This document shows positions 25,113 to 34,079 of a stretch of 64,000 nt of DNA, in pieces. Within the stretch, counting starts at the first letter, position 1, and each line of letters starts with the position of its first letter. Source of the DNA: Acidobacteriota bacterium (GTDB taxonomy: Bacteria; Acidobacteriota; Blastocatellia; Pyrinomonadales; Pyrinomonadaceae); NCBI GenBank assembly GCA_003223025.1, contig QHXR01000011.1, positions 30,053 to 94,052 of the forward strand, read 5' to 3'. The translations under genes and the position numbers were made by a program. The notes under the pieces are model-generated. The model was given only the letters and a program-made list of their open reading frames with translations, did no database searches and was not told the origin of the DNA.

Positions 25113-26942
25113 TTACCGAGGAGGATTGGTGGCGTTGACGCTCACTTTCCAGGTTATGACGTAGCCGCCCGCGGGTTCTTTCACCTCGCGGGTGAAGTCG
25201 CGGACGATCCGCGTTTCCTTCTTCACCTTGTCCAGCGTCAGGTCGTAGATCCGTTCTTGTCCGATGCTGCGTGAAAGGATAAAGAACGCGTTCTGGTACG
25301 GCGTATCGGTAGTCACGATCTGCGGTATGAGCGTGATCGGCTCGACGAAAATGTTGACGACTCGGCCCGTGACGATCTTCGGCTCGAAGTCTTTCGCCGG
25401 GGCCATCATGCGCACGACGACCTTGCCGTCTACGATCTCCCCCTCCACGGGGATGTGAAATCCGGTGGGCTTGAGGAAAGCTGCCGCCTTCGGTTCGTCC
25501 TTGTCGAACGGCATACCGGGAGGAGCGATCGCGCGGTGGTACACCCGGTTCCCCTTGAGCGAGGGGTCGATCACGATGAAGTTTTCGAACAGTGTGAACT
25601 TGGACGCGCTCCCCTCATATTGTCCGGTGACCTTGATCGTCTTCAGACCGCCGTCGCTCTTTGCGTACCGCAGCACGAGACGTCCATCCAGCTCGATCGT
25701 ATAGGCCCAGTACTTCGTCCCCTTGTGGAAGAAGTCGGCGGTGAACGTCGCCTTCAGCGGTCCCTCAAACTTTTCGCAGTAACGGGCGAACTGTTGATCG
25801 ACGGCGAAGGTTACGACGTCGGTCGCCGCACCGATCACCGTCTTCGCCCAATCCTGAGGCTCGGTGAGCAGACCGTGCGCTACCTTCAATGTCTCGCCGG
25901 CCGCAAAGCGTGCCGCCTTATTCTCCGGCTTATCGCCAAGCACTTTCGCGATGCTCTCCGGAGCACCCGACATAAAGTTGTTCACCTTGTCGAGAAGGGA
26001 CTCCTTCGCTTTGTCTTTCTCCCCGGCTACCATCCCTCCGGGAGGTCGCTTGCCGGAGCTGAGAAACGGCTCGTAACCTTTTACCGAAAACATACCCACC
26101 GCCTTCTCGAGTGCCTTGCCGACCAGACGCAACGCGTCGATCGTATCGTCGATCGCGTCGCACGGTGTCGAATGCGTTTTCTTCTCCAGCGTTCCAAGCT
26201 GCCGTGTGAGCTCCTGCTGCTCCTCGCGCGCTTCCTCGCTCCAGGCGAGGGTACCGATGAACAGCGGACTTACGATTGGCGTGGTCGCGGGATGGCTGCC
26301 GACCAGGCCTTCGAACTTCTGCAGCGTCTCCTCGATCCGCTTCCTGTTTGGATCGGCTTTTTCGAGTTGGGTCCGGAGCTCCTTCAGCTTCGCCTTAAGC
26401 TCCTCTTTGCCGGGCGACGGCGGCAGGACCTCGAGCAGCTTCGAGGCTGCCGTCTCGGCACGCTTCGCCAGATAAAAGGTGCGGCTCAGGCCATCTTCTA
26501 CAAGGTCCTCCCCATCGTCCAACTCCAGGACCTCGAAGCTCTTCTGCGCCTGGCCTTTCTTGTCAGGCGAAAAGGCCACGACCTCGTATTCGCCCGGCAC
26601 ACCCGTGTCGCTGGAGGCGATACTGAACCCGCCAGCCGCGTTCATAACTTGAGTAGTGAGGGCCTTCGGTTTTAGGAACGCTTCCTGCTCCTTGTTCAGT
26701 GGCGGTGCGCCCGCGAGTCGTGCTTCGGGCTTGAACGTGACGGTTATCGATACGGTCTTCTTATCGGGGACGAACGGTACCGTTCCGGAGATAATAACCT
26801 GGCCTCCGGGAAGAGTCTTTTCGGGTGTCAGTTTGATCTCGACAGGGGTGACGCCCTTACTAGTTTTGGGTGCCTCGTCCTGACCGAGCGCGACGGAGAC
26901 GACGAGCAGAAGCGCGAGCATGGATAGAGCCGTACGTATCAT
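25113..26942 (-). CDS. hypothetical secreted protein (609 aa)
   Basis: ATG at 26942 gives MIRTALSMLALLLVVSVALGQDE. Long uninterrupted ORF with balanced composition, including a central charged coiled region. No family recognised. Confidence 0.65.
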   Translation of the reverse strand: MIRTALSMLALLLVVSVALGQDEAPKTSKGVTPVEIKLTPEKTLPGGQVIISGTVPFVPDKKTVSITVTFKPEARLAGAPPLNKEQEAFLKPKALTTQVMNAAGGFSIASSDTGVPGEYEVVAFSPDKKGQAQKSFEVLELDDGEDLVEDGLSRTFYLAKRAETAASKLLEVLPPSPGKEELKAKLKELRTQLEKADPNRKRIEETLQKFEGLVGSHPATTPIVSPLFIGTLAWSEEAREEQQELTRQLGTLEKKTHSTPCDAIDDTIDALRLVGKALEKAVGMFSVKGYEPFLSSGKRPPGGMVAGEKDKAKESLLDKVNNFMSGAPESIAKVLGDKPENKAARFAAGETLKVAHGLLTEPQDWAKTVIGAATDVVTFAVDQQFARYCEKFEGPLKATFTADFFHKGTKYWAYTIELDGRLVLRYAKSDGGLKTIKVTGQYEGSASKFTLFENFIVIDPSLKGNRVYHRAIAPPGMPFDKDEPKAAAFLKPTGFHIPVEGEIVDGKVVVRMMAPAKDFEPKIVTGRVVNIFVEPITLIPQIVTTDTPYQNAFFILSRSIGQERIYDLTLDKVKKETRIVRDFTREVKEPAGGYVITWKVSVNATNPPR

Positions 26943-27160
26943 TACATTCCTCCCAACCACACCGGCGGCGGTGATGTTAGCGGCAGCCTAAGTAATTTTG
27001 AATCTTTGTCGTGACCTGATAACCCGGGTATCGCTGAGGCCGAATAAAATCAGATTCTCTTAGTTCTCATGCAGGCTCTCTATGCGAGGAAGAGGCCTGA
27101 TATTTTGATCGAATCAATGGCGAAATTTTGCATCAAGAAGAAACGCCTTCCGCACCCAAT

Positions 27161-27195
27161 GGAAAAGGGCATCGGCGAAAACACGTCAGATGCCC
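27161..27195 (-). terminator. putative intrinsic terminator downstream of the tRNA
   Basis: Minus strand reads GGGCATC-loop-GATGCCC followed by TTTTCC. Confidence 0.5.
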
Positions 27196-27203
27196 AATTT
27201 TTG

Positions 27204-27280
27204 TGGTGGCGGGGGGGAGGATCGAACTCCCGACCTCGGGGTTATGAATCCCGCGCTCTAACCATCTGAGCTACCCAGCC
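27204..27280 (-). tRNA. tRNA with anticodon CAU (tRNA-Met; a lysidine-type tRNA-Ile2 cannot be excluded)
   Basis: 77-nt cloverleaf folded by hand: GGCTGGG-TA-GCTC-AGATGGTTA-GAGC-G-CGGGA-TTCATAA-CCCCG-AGGTC-GGGAG-TTCGATC-CTCCC-CCCCGCC-A-CCA. CCA is encoded. Two non-Watson-Crick positions are present (4:69 U-C and 31:39 A-C). Confidence 0.85.
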
Positions 27281-27420
27281 ACGAAGGTAAGATTATAGTT
27301 TGAGGTCGCGAAAAATCAAGTTCGAGGTCTTGGTGGGTATCGGTTATCATGACCTCACGCGCTTTTCGTTCTTGCACATTTTTTTGAACGCGGATTTGGC
27401 GAATCAGGCGGATTCGGACG

Positions 27421-27567
27421 GATCTGAAGAGTAAGGCTTTTCTTTTTCGTGTGATTAGTGTGTTTTGTGGTTCGGATTTCGTCGCTTATCAACAGACCGT
27501 CGCGAGCCATCGGAAAAAGCCAACCACGAAACACACTAATCACACGAAAAAGAACACGAAAAGATCT
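27421..27567. repeat. palindromic intergenic repeat, family A (long-loop copy)
   Basis: cttttctttttcgtgtgattagtgtgttttgtggtt (27437-27472) pairs with aaccacgaaacacactaatcacacgaaaaagaacacgaaaag (27522-27563). Outer gatct/agatc ends. Confidence 0.8.
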
Positions 27568-27642
27568 GACGAACACAAAACCTCTGATCCGCTTTAATTC
27601 GTTGATCCGGACTCTCACAGAATCGAACTTGATAGATCCTAT

Positions 27643-28884
27643 ATGCCGATATTTTTCGCTGCAGCCATAGATCATTCGAGCGTCATACTTTCGCTGTTCA
27701 TCATGCTGGCGGCGGCGAAGCTGATGGCGGAGGTGTTCGAGCGCCTGAGGCAGCCGGCGGTGGTTGGCGAGATCCTTGCCGGAGTCGTCATCGGGCCGAG
27801 TCTGCTCGGGTGGGTCGCGCCATCGGATGTGATCTCGATCCTCGCTGAGATCGGCGTAATATTTCTCCTCTTCACGGTCGGACTCGAGACAAAACCTCAG
27901 GCGATATTTAAGGTCGGCAAGCGTGCGGTGATGGTCGGAGTCCTCGGTGTCATCCTTCCGTTCGTCGCCGGATATTTTATCGCCGCAGCTTGGGGCGGAT
28001 CTTTTGCCGAAGCGATGTTCATCGGGGCCGCGATGGTCGCGACATCGGTCGGGATCACGGCACGCGTTCTCGGTGGAATGGGTTTACTCGACATCGAAAC
28101 GTCGAGGATCATTCTCGGAGCCGCGGTCATCGACGACATTCTCGGATTGATCATCTTGTCGCTCGTGTCGGCGGTGAGTCAGGGAAGCGTCAGCTACGTC
28201 GGCCTCGCTGAAACGGCGGGTGCGGCGATCCTCTTCACCTTATTCGTCGCGCTGATCGGATCGCGGATCATGAACCGGCTCGTCCCAAGCTTCGAGCGGC
28301 TGCGACTCAGCAAACCTTTCTTCAACATCGGACTCGTACTTTGTCTCGGACTTTCCGTCGCCTCGATCTACGTCGGCGTCGCGGCGATCATCGGAGCGTT
28401 TCTCGCCGGCATGGCGCTCGCCGAAGCGACCGAGAAAAATCACAAGATGCACAATCTGACGAGCGGCATCACGGAGTTTCTCGTTCCGTTCTTTCTCGTC
28501 AACATCGGCATGCAGCTCGACCTTTCGGTGTTTCGCGACACGTCGGTCATCGCACTCGCGATCATCATCACGCTCGCAGCTGTCGTCACAAAATTTGTCG
28601 GATGCGGTCTCGGTGCGTGGGGAATGTCACGACGCGAGATGGCGCAGATCGGAGTCGGGATGATCCCGCGAGGCGAGGTCGGGATCGTCGTCGCGCAGAT
28701 AGGACTCGGGCTCGGCGTGATCAGCGGACACTTTTTTGCATCCGTGCTTTTCATGGCCGTCGCGACGACATTGATCGCACCACCGTTGATAAAAATTCTG
28801 TACTCTGAAGATCGCGACAACGACGGAACCGAAGACGTGGTTCTCGACATCGACATCTCGGAAGATTACACGCGCATCGGGTGA
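27643..28884 (+). CDS. cation:proton antiporter, CPA2 (Kef/NapA-like)
   Basis: 413 aa with about 12 TM helices. Typical N-terminus AEVFERLRQPAVVGEILAGVVIGPSLLG, plus GLE and IPRGEVG motifs. Confidence 0.85.
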   Translation: MPIFFAAAIDHSSVILSLFIMLAAAKLMAEVFERLRQPAVVGEILAGVVIGPSLLGWVAPSDVISILAEIGVIFLLFTVGLETKPQAIFKVGKRAVMVGVLGVILPFVAGYFIAAAWGGSFAEAMFIGAAMVATSVGITARVLGGMGLLDIETSRIILGAAVIDDILGLIILSLVSAVSQGSVSYVGLAETAGAAILFTLFVALIGSRIMNRLVPSFERLRLSKPFFNIGLVLCLGLSVASIYVGVAAIIGAFLAGMALAEATEKNHKMHNLTSGITEFLVPFFLVNIGMQLDLSVFRDTSVIALAIIITLAAVVTKFVGCGLGAWGMSRREMAQIGVGMIPRGEVGIVVAQIGLGLGVISGHFFASVLFMAVATTLIAPPLIKILYSEDRDNDGTEDVVLDIDISEDYTRIG

Positions 28885-28915
28885 TCGATTTGTTAAAATC
28901 GATATCGGAGTCAAA

Positions 28916-29859
28916 ATGCGCAACTGCAGTTCTCGCCTAATTTTTGCCGCTACTTTATTTCTTCTTGCATCCGACGCGTCTCTCGTCGCACAGGTCGGTA
29001 AGCCGACACCGCTCCGCCCGATCACTGTCGTCACCGAGCCCAAATCGACTGTCTGGATCGACGATGTTCGATACGGCGAGACCGATGAGAAGGGACGTCT
29101 CGCGATCGCGAGTCTTTCGCCCGGTGTTCGATCTCTCCGGGTTCGTGCAAACGGCTTCGCCGAAGTGACGAAGAGTTTGCCGGCGACGACTCGCGGTGAC
29201 GTTTCCGTCACACTTGCAAAAACGACCGACGAAGCCGAGCTCGCATTTCAGTCTGCCGAGACGGCATCGACGATCGACCGGCAGAAGGCGATCGCCGAGT
29301 ATGGGCGTGCGATCAAGCTCAGGCCAAAGTTTCCGGCGGCATACCTCGGGATGGCGAGAATGTATTCTGAAACCGGAGACGTCGAAAAAGCTTTTCAAGC
29401 GGTCCGATCGGCAAAACGATTGAGTCCGGGTTACGCCGAAGCTTCGGCGGTCGAGGCCGGCTTCTGAAAGAGACTGGTGAGGAAGAAAAGGCGATCGTCG
29501 TATTTAAGCGCTCTGTCGCGGAGGGAAAAGGTTTTCAACCGGAGGCGTACACGGGACTCGGACTTTTATACAAAGACCGGGCTGAGAATTTCGGTGGCTC
29601 GGGCGACTTCGCGAATGAAACGATCGCCTATAACGAAGCCGCGAAACATTTCGCCGTCGCCGCCAAACAACTCGGCACGTCACCCGACGCGATGATCGTT
29701 TATCAGTTGCTCGGACTCATCTACGAGCGTCAAAAAAAATTCAACGAAGCCATCGCGCTTTACGAGGAGTTCTTACGGCTGTTCCCCGACTCGAGCGAGG
29801 CAGGAGCGGTCGCTTCGTTCATCGTCCAAATAAAGAAGCAGATGGCCGAGCAGAAGTGA
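28916..29859 (+). pseudogene. PEGA-domain + TPR-repeat secreted protein, reading frame broken near 29460
   Basis: Frame 1 (28916-29467) has a signal peptide, a PEGA-like module (TVVTEPKSTVWIDDVRYGETDEKGRL) and TPR repeats. The TPR sequence then continues without a start codon in another frame from about 29464 to the TGA at 29857-29859 (LKETGEEEKAIVVFKRSVAEGKG...IVQIKKQMAEQK). Confidence 0.6.
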
Positions 29860-29917
29860 CTCGCATAAAACTTCGGTCAGAATGCCCGAAATCAACCATT
29901 CTGCTCTAAAAGATTTC

Positions 29918-29947
29918 TTGACACCCAGCCAGTTTAACCTTTAGTAT
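29918..29947 (+). promoter_or_regulatory. possible sigma-70-type promoter upstream of pilB
   Basis: TTGACA (29918-29923), an 18-nt spacer, then TAGTAT (29942-29947). Lies about 120 nt upstream of the pilB ATG. Confidence 0.3.
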
Positions 29948-30066
29948 TAATGCCAACGGTGTTAATCACCGGCGATTCCTTGTCCCTCTCTTAAGAAGTA
30001 AAGCTCTTAAATCTCTTCAGCAAACCCTCTCTCGGTTGTTCCTAACATCGGGATTCCAAACAAACA

Positions 30067-31926
30067 ATGTCAGCAAAACTAGGGGAAATTCTTGTCCGCG
30101 AAAACCTGGTGACGCCTCAACAGCTTCGTGAAGCTCTTGATTACCAGCGCACCAGCGGTGGACGACTCGGCTCAAACCTGGTCAAGCTCGGAATTCTTTC
30201 GGATGACGTGATCACGGCTGTGCTCTCCCGCCAATACGGCGTGCCGTCAATCAACATTGACCTCTTTCAGATCGACGACGAAGTCGTAAAACTGATCTCT
30301 CAGGAAGTCGCTCTCAAATACACTGTCCTTCCCATCTCGAAGATCGGTGCCACGCTCACGCTGGCGATGGCCGATCCGACGAACGTCTTCGCAACGGACG
30401 ACATCAAGTTCATGACCGGTCTCAACGTCGAGCCGGTGATCGCATCCGAAGCCTCGATCCAGATGGCGATCGGAAAATACTACAGCGGCTCGACGCAGAT
30501 CGATATATTCGAAGCCGCGCTCGCGTTCGACACCGGCGTCAGCAAGAACGGAAAGAACAGCAAGAACGGCAACGGGAACGGTAACGGAAACGGCAGCGGC
30601 AAGCGTCCGATCAAAGTCGACGAGCGACTGTCCGACTCCGATCTCGACGTCTCGCTCGAGACCTTTAATTTTGCCGATCACGACGGCGATTCATTCGAGC
30701 TGCTCCAGGAAAACGAAGAGATCGATCTCGCTCAGCTTCAGAAGCAGAGCGAAGATGCTCCCGTCGTTCGTCTCGTAAACGTGCTGATGGTCGACTCGCT
30801 CCGCCGCGGCGCATCCGACATACACGTCGAACCATACGAAAAAGATTTTCGAATCCGATTCCGCATCGACGGCGTTCTCTACGACGTCATGCATCCGCCG
30901 ATGAGTCTTCGCGATCCTCTTATATCGCGTCTCAAGATCATGGCGAAGCTCAACATTTCGGAAAAGAGATTGCCGCAGGACGGTCGTATCAAGATCAAGG
31001 TCAAGGTCGACGATCGATCGCGTGAGTTGGATTTTCGTGTATCGACATTGCCGACTCTTTTCGGAGAAAAGGTCGTGCTCCGTCTGTTGGATAAGGACAA
31101 GCTCATGCTCGATATGTCGAAGCTCGGATTCGAACCGGAGAGCCTTGAGAAGTTCCAGCGCAACATCGCGAATCCGTACGGCATGGTTCTCGTCACTGGC
31201 CCGACCGGCTCCGGTAAGACGAACACGCTCTACTCCGCACTTCAATCGCTGAACACGAGCGAGACGAATATCATGACGGCCGAAGATCCGGTCGAGTTCA
31301 ATCTCGAAGGGATCAACCAGGTCCAGATGAAGGAGCAGATCGGCTTGAATTTTGCGGCCGCACTCCGCTCATTCCTGCGTCAGGATCCGAACATCATCCT
31401 CGTCGGTGAGATCCGCGACTTTGAGACCGCGGAGATCGCCATCAAGGCCGCGCTTACGGGTCACCTTGTTCTTTCGACACTCCATACGAACGATGCGCCG
31501 TCGACGATCTCGCGTCTCGTCAACATGGGTATCGAGCCGTTCCTCGTCGCTACCAGCGTCAACATTATTCAGGCCCAGAGACTGATCCGCCGGGTTTGCT
31601 ACAACTGCAAAGAGGAAGTTCATTTCCCGCCCGAGGGTCTCGTCGAGATCGGCTTTGGAGAAGAAGAGTCCCGCACGTTGAAGATGTACAAGGGTCGAGG
31701 TTGCGACATTTGTTTGAACACCGGCTACAAGGGCCGAATCGGTCTGTACGAAGTGATGGAAGTAACCGATGAGCTTCGTGAGCTCATCATCATCGGAGCA
31801 AGCGCGATCGAATTGAGAAGGAAGGCGATCGAGCTTGGAATGATAACTCTGCGTGGATCAGGACTTTGCAAACTGAGGGAAGGAGTTACGACAGTCGAAG
31901 AGGTCGTGAAGGAAACGGTTGTCTAG
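30067..31926 (+). CDS. pilB: type IV pilus assembly ATPase PilB (GspE family)
   Basis: 619 aa. N-terminal T2SSE_N-type domain (LGEILVRENLVTPQQLREAL). Walker A GPTGSGKT, Asp box, Walker B and tetracysteine CYNC...CDIC. Has a low-complexity NGKNSKNGNGNGNGNGSG linker. Confidence 0.9.
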   Translation: MSAKLGEILVRENLVTPQQLREALDYQRTSGGRLGSNLVKLGILSDDVITAVLSRQYGVPSINIDLFQIDDEVVKLISQEVALKYTVLPISKIGATLTLAMADPTNVFATDDIKFMTGLNVEPVIASEASIQMAIGKYYSGSTQIDIFEAALAFDTGVSKNGKNSKNGNGNGNGNGSGKRPIKVDERLSDSDLDVSLETFNFADHDGDSFELLQENEEIDLAQLQKQSEDAPVVRLVNVLMVDSLRRGASDIHVEPYEKDFRIRFRIDGVLYDVMHPPMSLRDPLISRLKIMAKLNISEKRLPQDGRIKIKVKVDDRSRELDFRVSTLPTLFGEKVVLRLLDKDKLMLDMSKLGFEPESLEKFQRNIANPYGMVLVTGPTGSGKTNTLYSALQSLNTSETNIMTAEDPVEFNLEGINQVQMKEQIGLNFAAALRSFLRQDPNIILVGEIRDFETAEIAIKAALTGHLVLSTLHTNDAPSTISRLVNMGIEPFLVATSVNIIQAQRLIRRVCYNCKEEVHFPPEGLVEIGFGEEESRTLKMYKGRGCDICLNTGYKGRIGLYEVMEVTDELRELIIIGASAIELRRKAIELGMITLRGSGLCKLREGVTTVEEVVKETVV

Positions 31927-31939
31927 TTTTGGAGGAAAT

Positions 31940-32737
31940 ATGCTATTTAGGGCGATTGCATTAACACTGGCTTTGTTGATCGGGATCGGAACGATTATCC
32001 CGCTGGGAACGGACTATGCAGAAGCAGGTCCGCGGACATCGAAGAAATACAAGAAGCATAAGAAATATAAGAAGTACTCGAAGCGATGGTGGCGTCAGTA
32101 TCACGCTCGAATGAAACGCAAACGCGCTCTGCAGGCACGTCGTCGTTCACTGCGGCTTCATCAACTGAGATTGGCGCGCAAGCGTTCCAATGAAAACCGC
32201 ACGGCCAAACCGGTCGTCGCCGCCGCGAAAGCGAAGCCTGCGGAATCGTCTGTCGCGATGCTGCCTTCGGGAAGCGCCGCACCGGCCGGCTGGAGAAGAG
32301 CAACGTCTTCGAGCAGCGAAGTCAACTTTAGCGTCGACAACGGAAACGGTTCCGCCGCGATCTCGGTGCTCGGCCCCGCAACCGGCGAGACCGTCGACAC
32401 GGGACGTAATCAGATGGTCGGCGGCGTTTCGACGAGTGCACTTCGTCGCGAAGTCATCAATCGAATGATCCGCGAGAACGGCTGGGTCGTTAACGATTAT
32501 CAAAAATCCATCGGCGGACGATCGGTGTACGTCGTCGTCGCACAGTCGCAGAGTGGCGGCCATGTGCAGTCCCGGATGTTCTATTTCACCGAAGCCGACG
32601 GACGGATCTACAGCGTCGCAACAAACTCGGCAGCAGGTGCGGCTGACCGCATCGCCGAAGAATCCGAGAAGGTCATCTTCTCGCTTCAGTCAGGTCCGCG
32701 TCCTGTCCAGCAGGCCGCAGTAAGAGAAGAAGAATAA
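31940..32737 (+). CDS. hypothetical membrane-anchored/secreted protein with an extremely basic segment
   Basis: ATG at 31940 preceded by GGAGG. The hydrophobic N-terminus is followed by KKYKKHKKYKKYSKRWWRQYHARMKRKRALQARRRSLRLHQLRLARKR, then a globular C-terminal half. No family recognised. Confidence 0.6.
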   Translation: MLFRAIALTLALLIGIGTIIPLGTDYAEAGPRTSKKYKKHKKYKKYSKRWWRQYHARMKRKRALQARRRSLRLHQLRLARKRSNENRTAKPVVAAAKAKPAESSVAMLPSGSAAPAGWRRATSSSSEVNFSVDNGNGSAAISVLGPATGETVDTGRNQMVGGVSTSALRREVINRMIRENGWVVNDYQKSIGGRSVYVVVAQSQSGGHVQSRMFYFTEADGRIYSVATNSAAGAADRIAEESEKVIFSLQSGPRPVQQAAVREEE

Positions 32738-32765
32738 TTGATCGTGGTTCGTTGATCGTGGTTCG
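32738..32765. repeat. perfect 14-bp tandem direct repeat (ttgatcgtggttcg x2) upstream of pilT
   Basis: Read directly: 32738-32751 and 32752-32765 are identical. Lies 73 nt upstream of the pilT ATG. Confidence 0.9.
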
Positions 32766-32837
32766 TTCTTGCGAGCTCCCACACCACGACAACCTGCTAC
32801 GAACACCGAACCCGCCTGCGATCCACGAACTAAATTT

Positions 32838-34046
32838 ATGAGCTTCGATCAAAACGCCAGCGTAGAAAATCAGATCACACTGCCCGAGCTTCTCAGGAAG
32901 ATGACGGATGCAGGCGGATCTGACCTTCACCTCTCGACCAACTCGCCTCCGCAGGTACGTGTACACGGCCACCTCTCGCCCCTTCCCGGATTTGCCGCGA
33001 TGACACCGGCCGACACAAAGCGACTCGCCTATTCGGTCCTGACCGACGCGCAGAAGCACCGGTTCGAAGAGAATCTCGAGCTCGACTTTTCATTCGGACT
33101 GAAAGGGATGTCGCGATTTCGCGCCAACCTCTTCAATCAGAAAGGAGCCGTCGGTGCCGTGTTCCGTTCGATCCCGTACGAGATCAAATCGTTCGAAGCT
33201 CTCGGCCTTCCGCAGGTCGTCCAGGATCTTTGCAAAAAGCCGCGCGGCCTCGTGCTTGTTACGGGTCCGACGGGATCCGGAAAATCTACGACGCTCGCGT
33301 CGATGGTCGACAAGATCAACGTCGATCGTCACGATCACATCCTGACGATCGAAGACCCGATCGAGTTTCTTCACAATCACAAGAACTGCGTCGTCAACCA
33401 GCGCGAAGTCGCCGCCGACACGCACTCGTTCGGTGCAGCACTTCGAACTGCCCTTCGCCAGGATCCCGACATCGTACTCGTCGGCGAAATGCGTGATCTC
33501 GAGACGATCGAGATGGCGCTTCGCATCGCGGAAACCGGTCACTTGACCTTCGCCACACTCCACACAAACTCCGCGTATTCGACGATCAACCGTATCATCG
33601 ACGTCTTCCCGTCGGCACAACAGTCGCAGGTCCGTACTCAGCTCTCCCTCGTGCTCGAAGGGATCATGTGTCAATCGCTGCTGCCGAAATCGACGGGCGA
33701 CGGACGCGTCATGGCTCTTGAAATTTTGATCCCGAACGCGGCTATCCGGAATCTGATCCGCGAGGACAAGATCCATCAGATCTATTCGATGATGCAGACC
33801 GGCCAGGATAAGTTCGGAATGCAGACCTTCAATCAGGCGCTGGCCACGCTTGTTCACAAACGACAGATCACGGTCGAAGTCGCCATGCAGCGTTCGTCCA
33901 ACGCGGATGAGCTGAAGGAGCTTATCGAACGCGGATCAGGTCTCAACATGAGTTACGCGGGCACCTCGAAACCCGTGCAGTCGCAGAATCATGCGAGCCC
34001 ATACGCCCAGGGACGATCGATCGGATCACGTCCACCGGTTCGCTAG
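32838..34046 (+). CDS. pilT: twitching-motility ATPase PilT
   Basis: ATG at 32838 (the track start at 32769 is upstream). Motifs LLRKMTDAGGSDLHL, Walker A GPTGSGKST and AHLVFATLHTN-type HLTFATLHTN. Carries a ~40-aa C-terminal extension. Confidence 0.9.
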   Translation: MSFDQNASVENQITLPELLRKMTDAGGSDLHLSTNSPPQVRVHGHLSPLPGFAAMTPADTKRLAYSVLTDAQKHRFEENLELDFSFGLKGMSRFRANLFNQKGAVGAVFRSIPYEIKSFEALGLPQVVQDLCKKPRGLVLVTGPTGSGKSTTLASMVDKINVDRHDHILTIEDPIEFLHNHKNCVVNQREVAADTHSFGAALRTALRQDPDIVLVGEMRDLETIEMALRIAETGHLTFATLHTNSAYSTINRIIDVFPSAQQSQVRTQLSLVLEGIMCQSLLPKSTGDGRVMALEILIPNAAIRNLIREDKIHQIYSMMQTGQDKFGMQTFNQALATLVHKRQITVEVAMQRSSNADELKELIERGSGLNMSYAGTSKPVQSQNHASPYAQGRSIGSRPPVR

Positions 34047-34079
34047 GAAATTTTAGAGAGAGGAGCTTAGAAAAAAGAG

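Noticed and set aside
25455-26675. 406-aa plus-strand ORF.
   Set aside because: It is antisense to the 609-aa secreted-protein gene. Its extreme Arg/Leu content is typical of GC-rich antisense frames, and it has no signal or domain motifs.
19565-27280. A tRNA-associated integrative genomic island or prophage.
   Set aside because: I found no integrase, excisionase, phage structural gene or convincing direct repeat of the tRNA 3' end. Only the 19.6-21.6 kb part is compositionally deviant, so I report an islet rather than a mobile element.
33090-33857. 255-aa minus-strand ORF.
   Set aside because: It is antisense to pilT, which has unambiguous Walker and PilT motifs.
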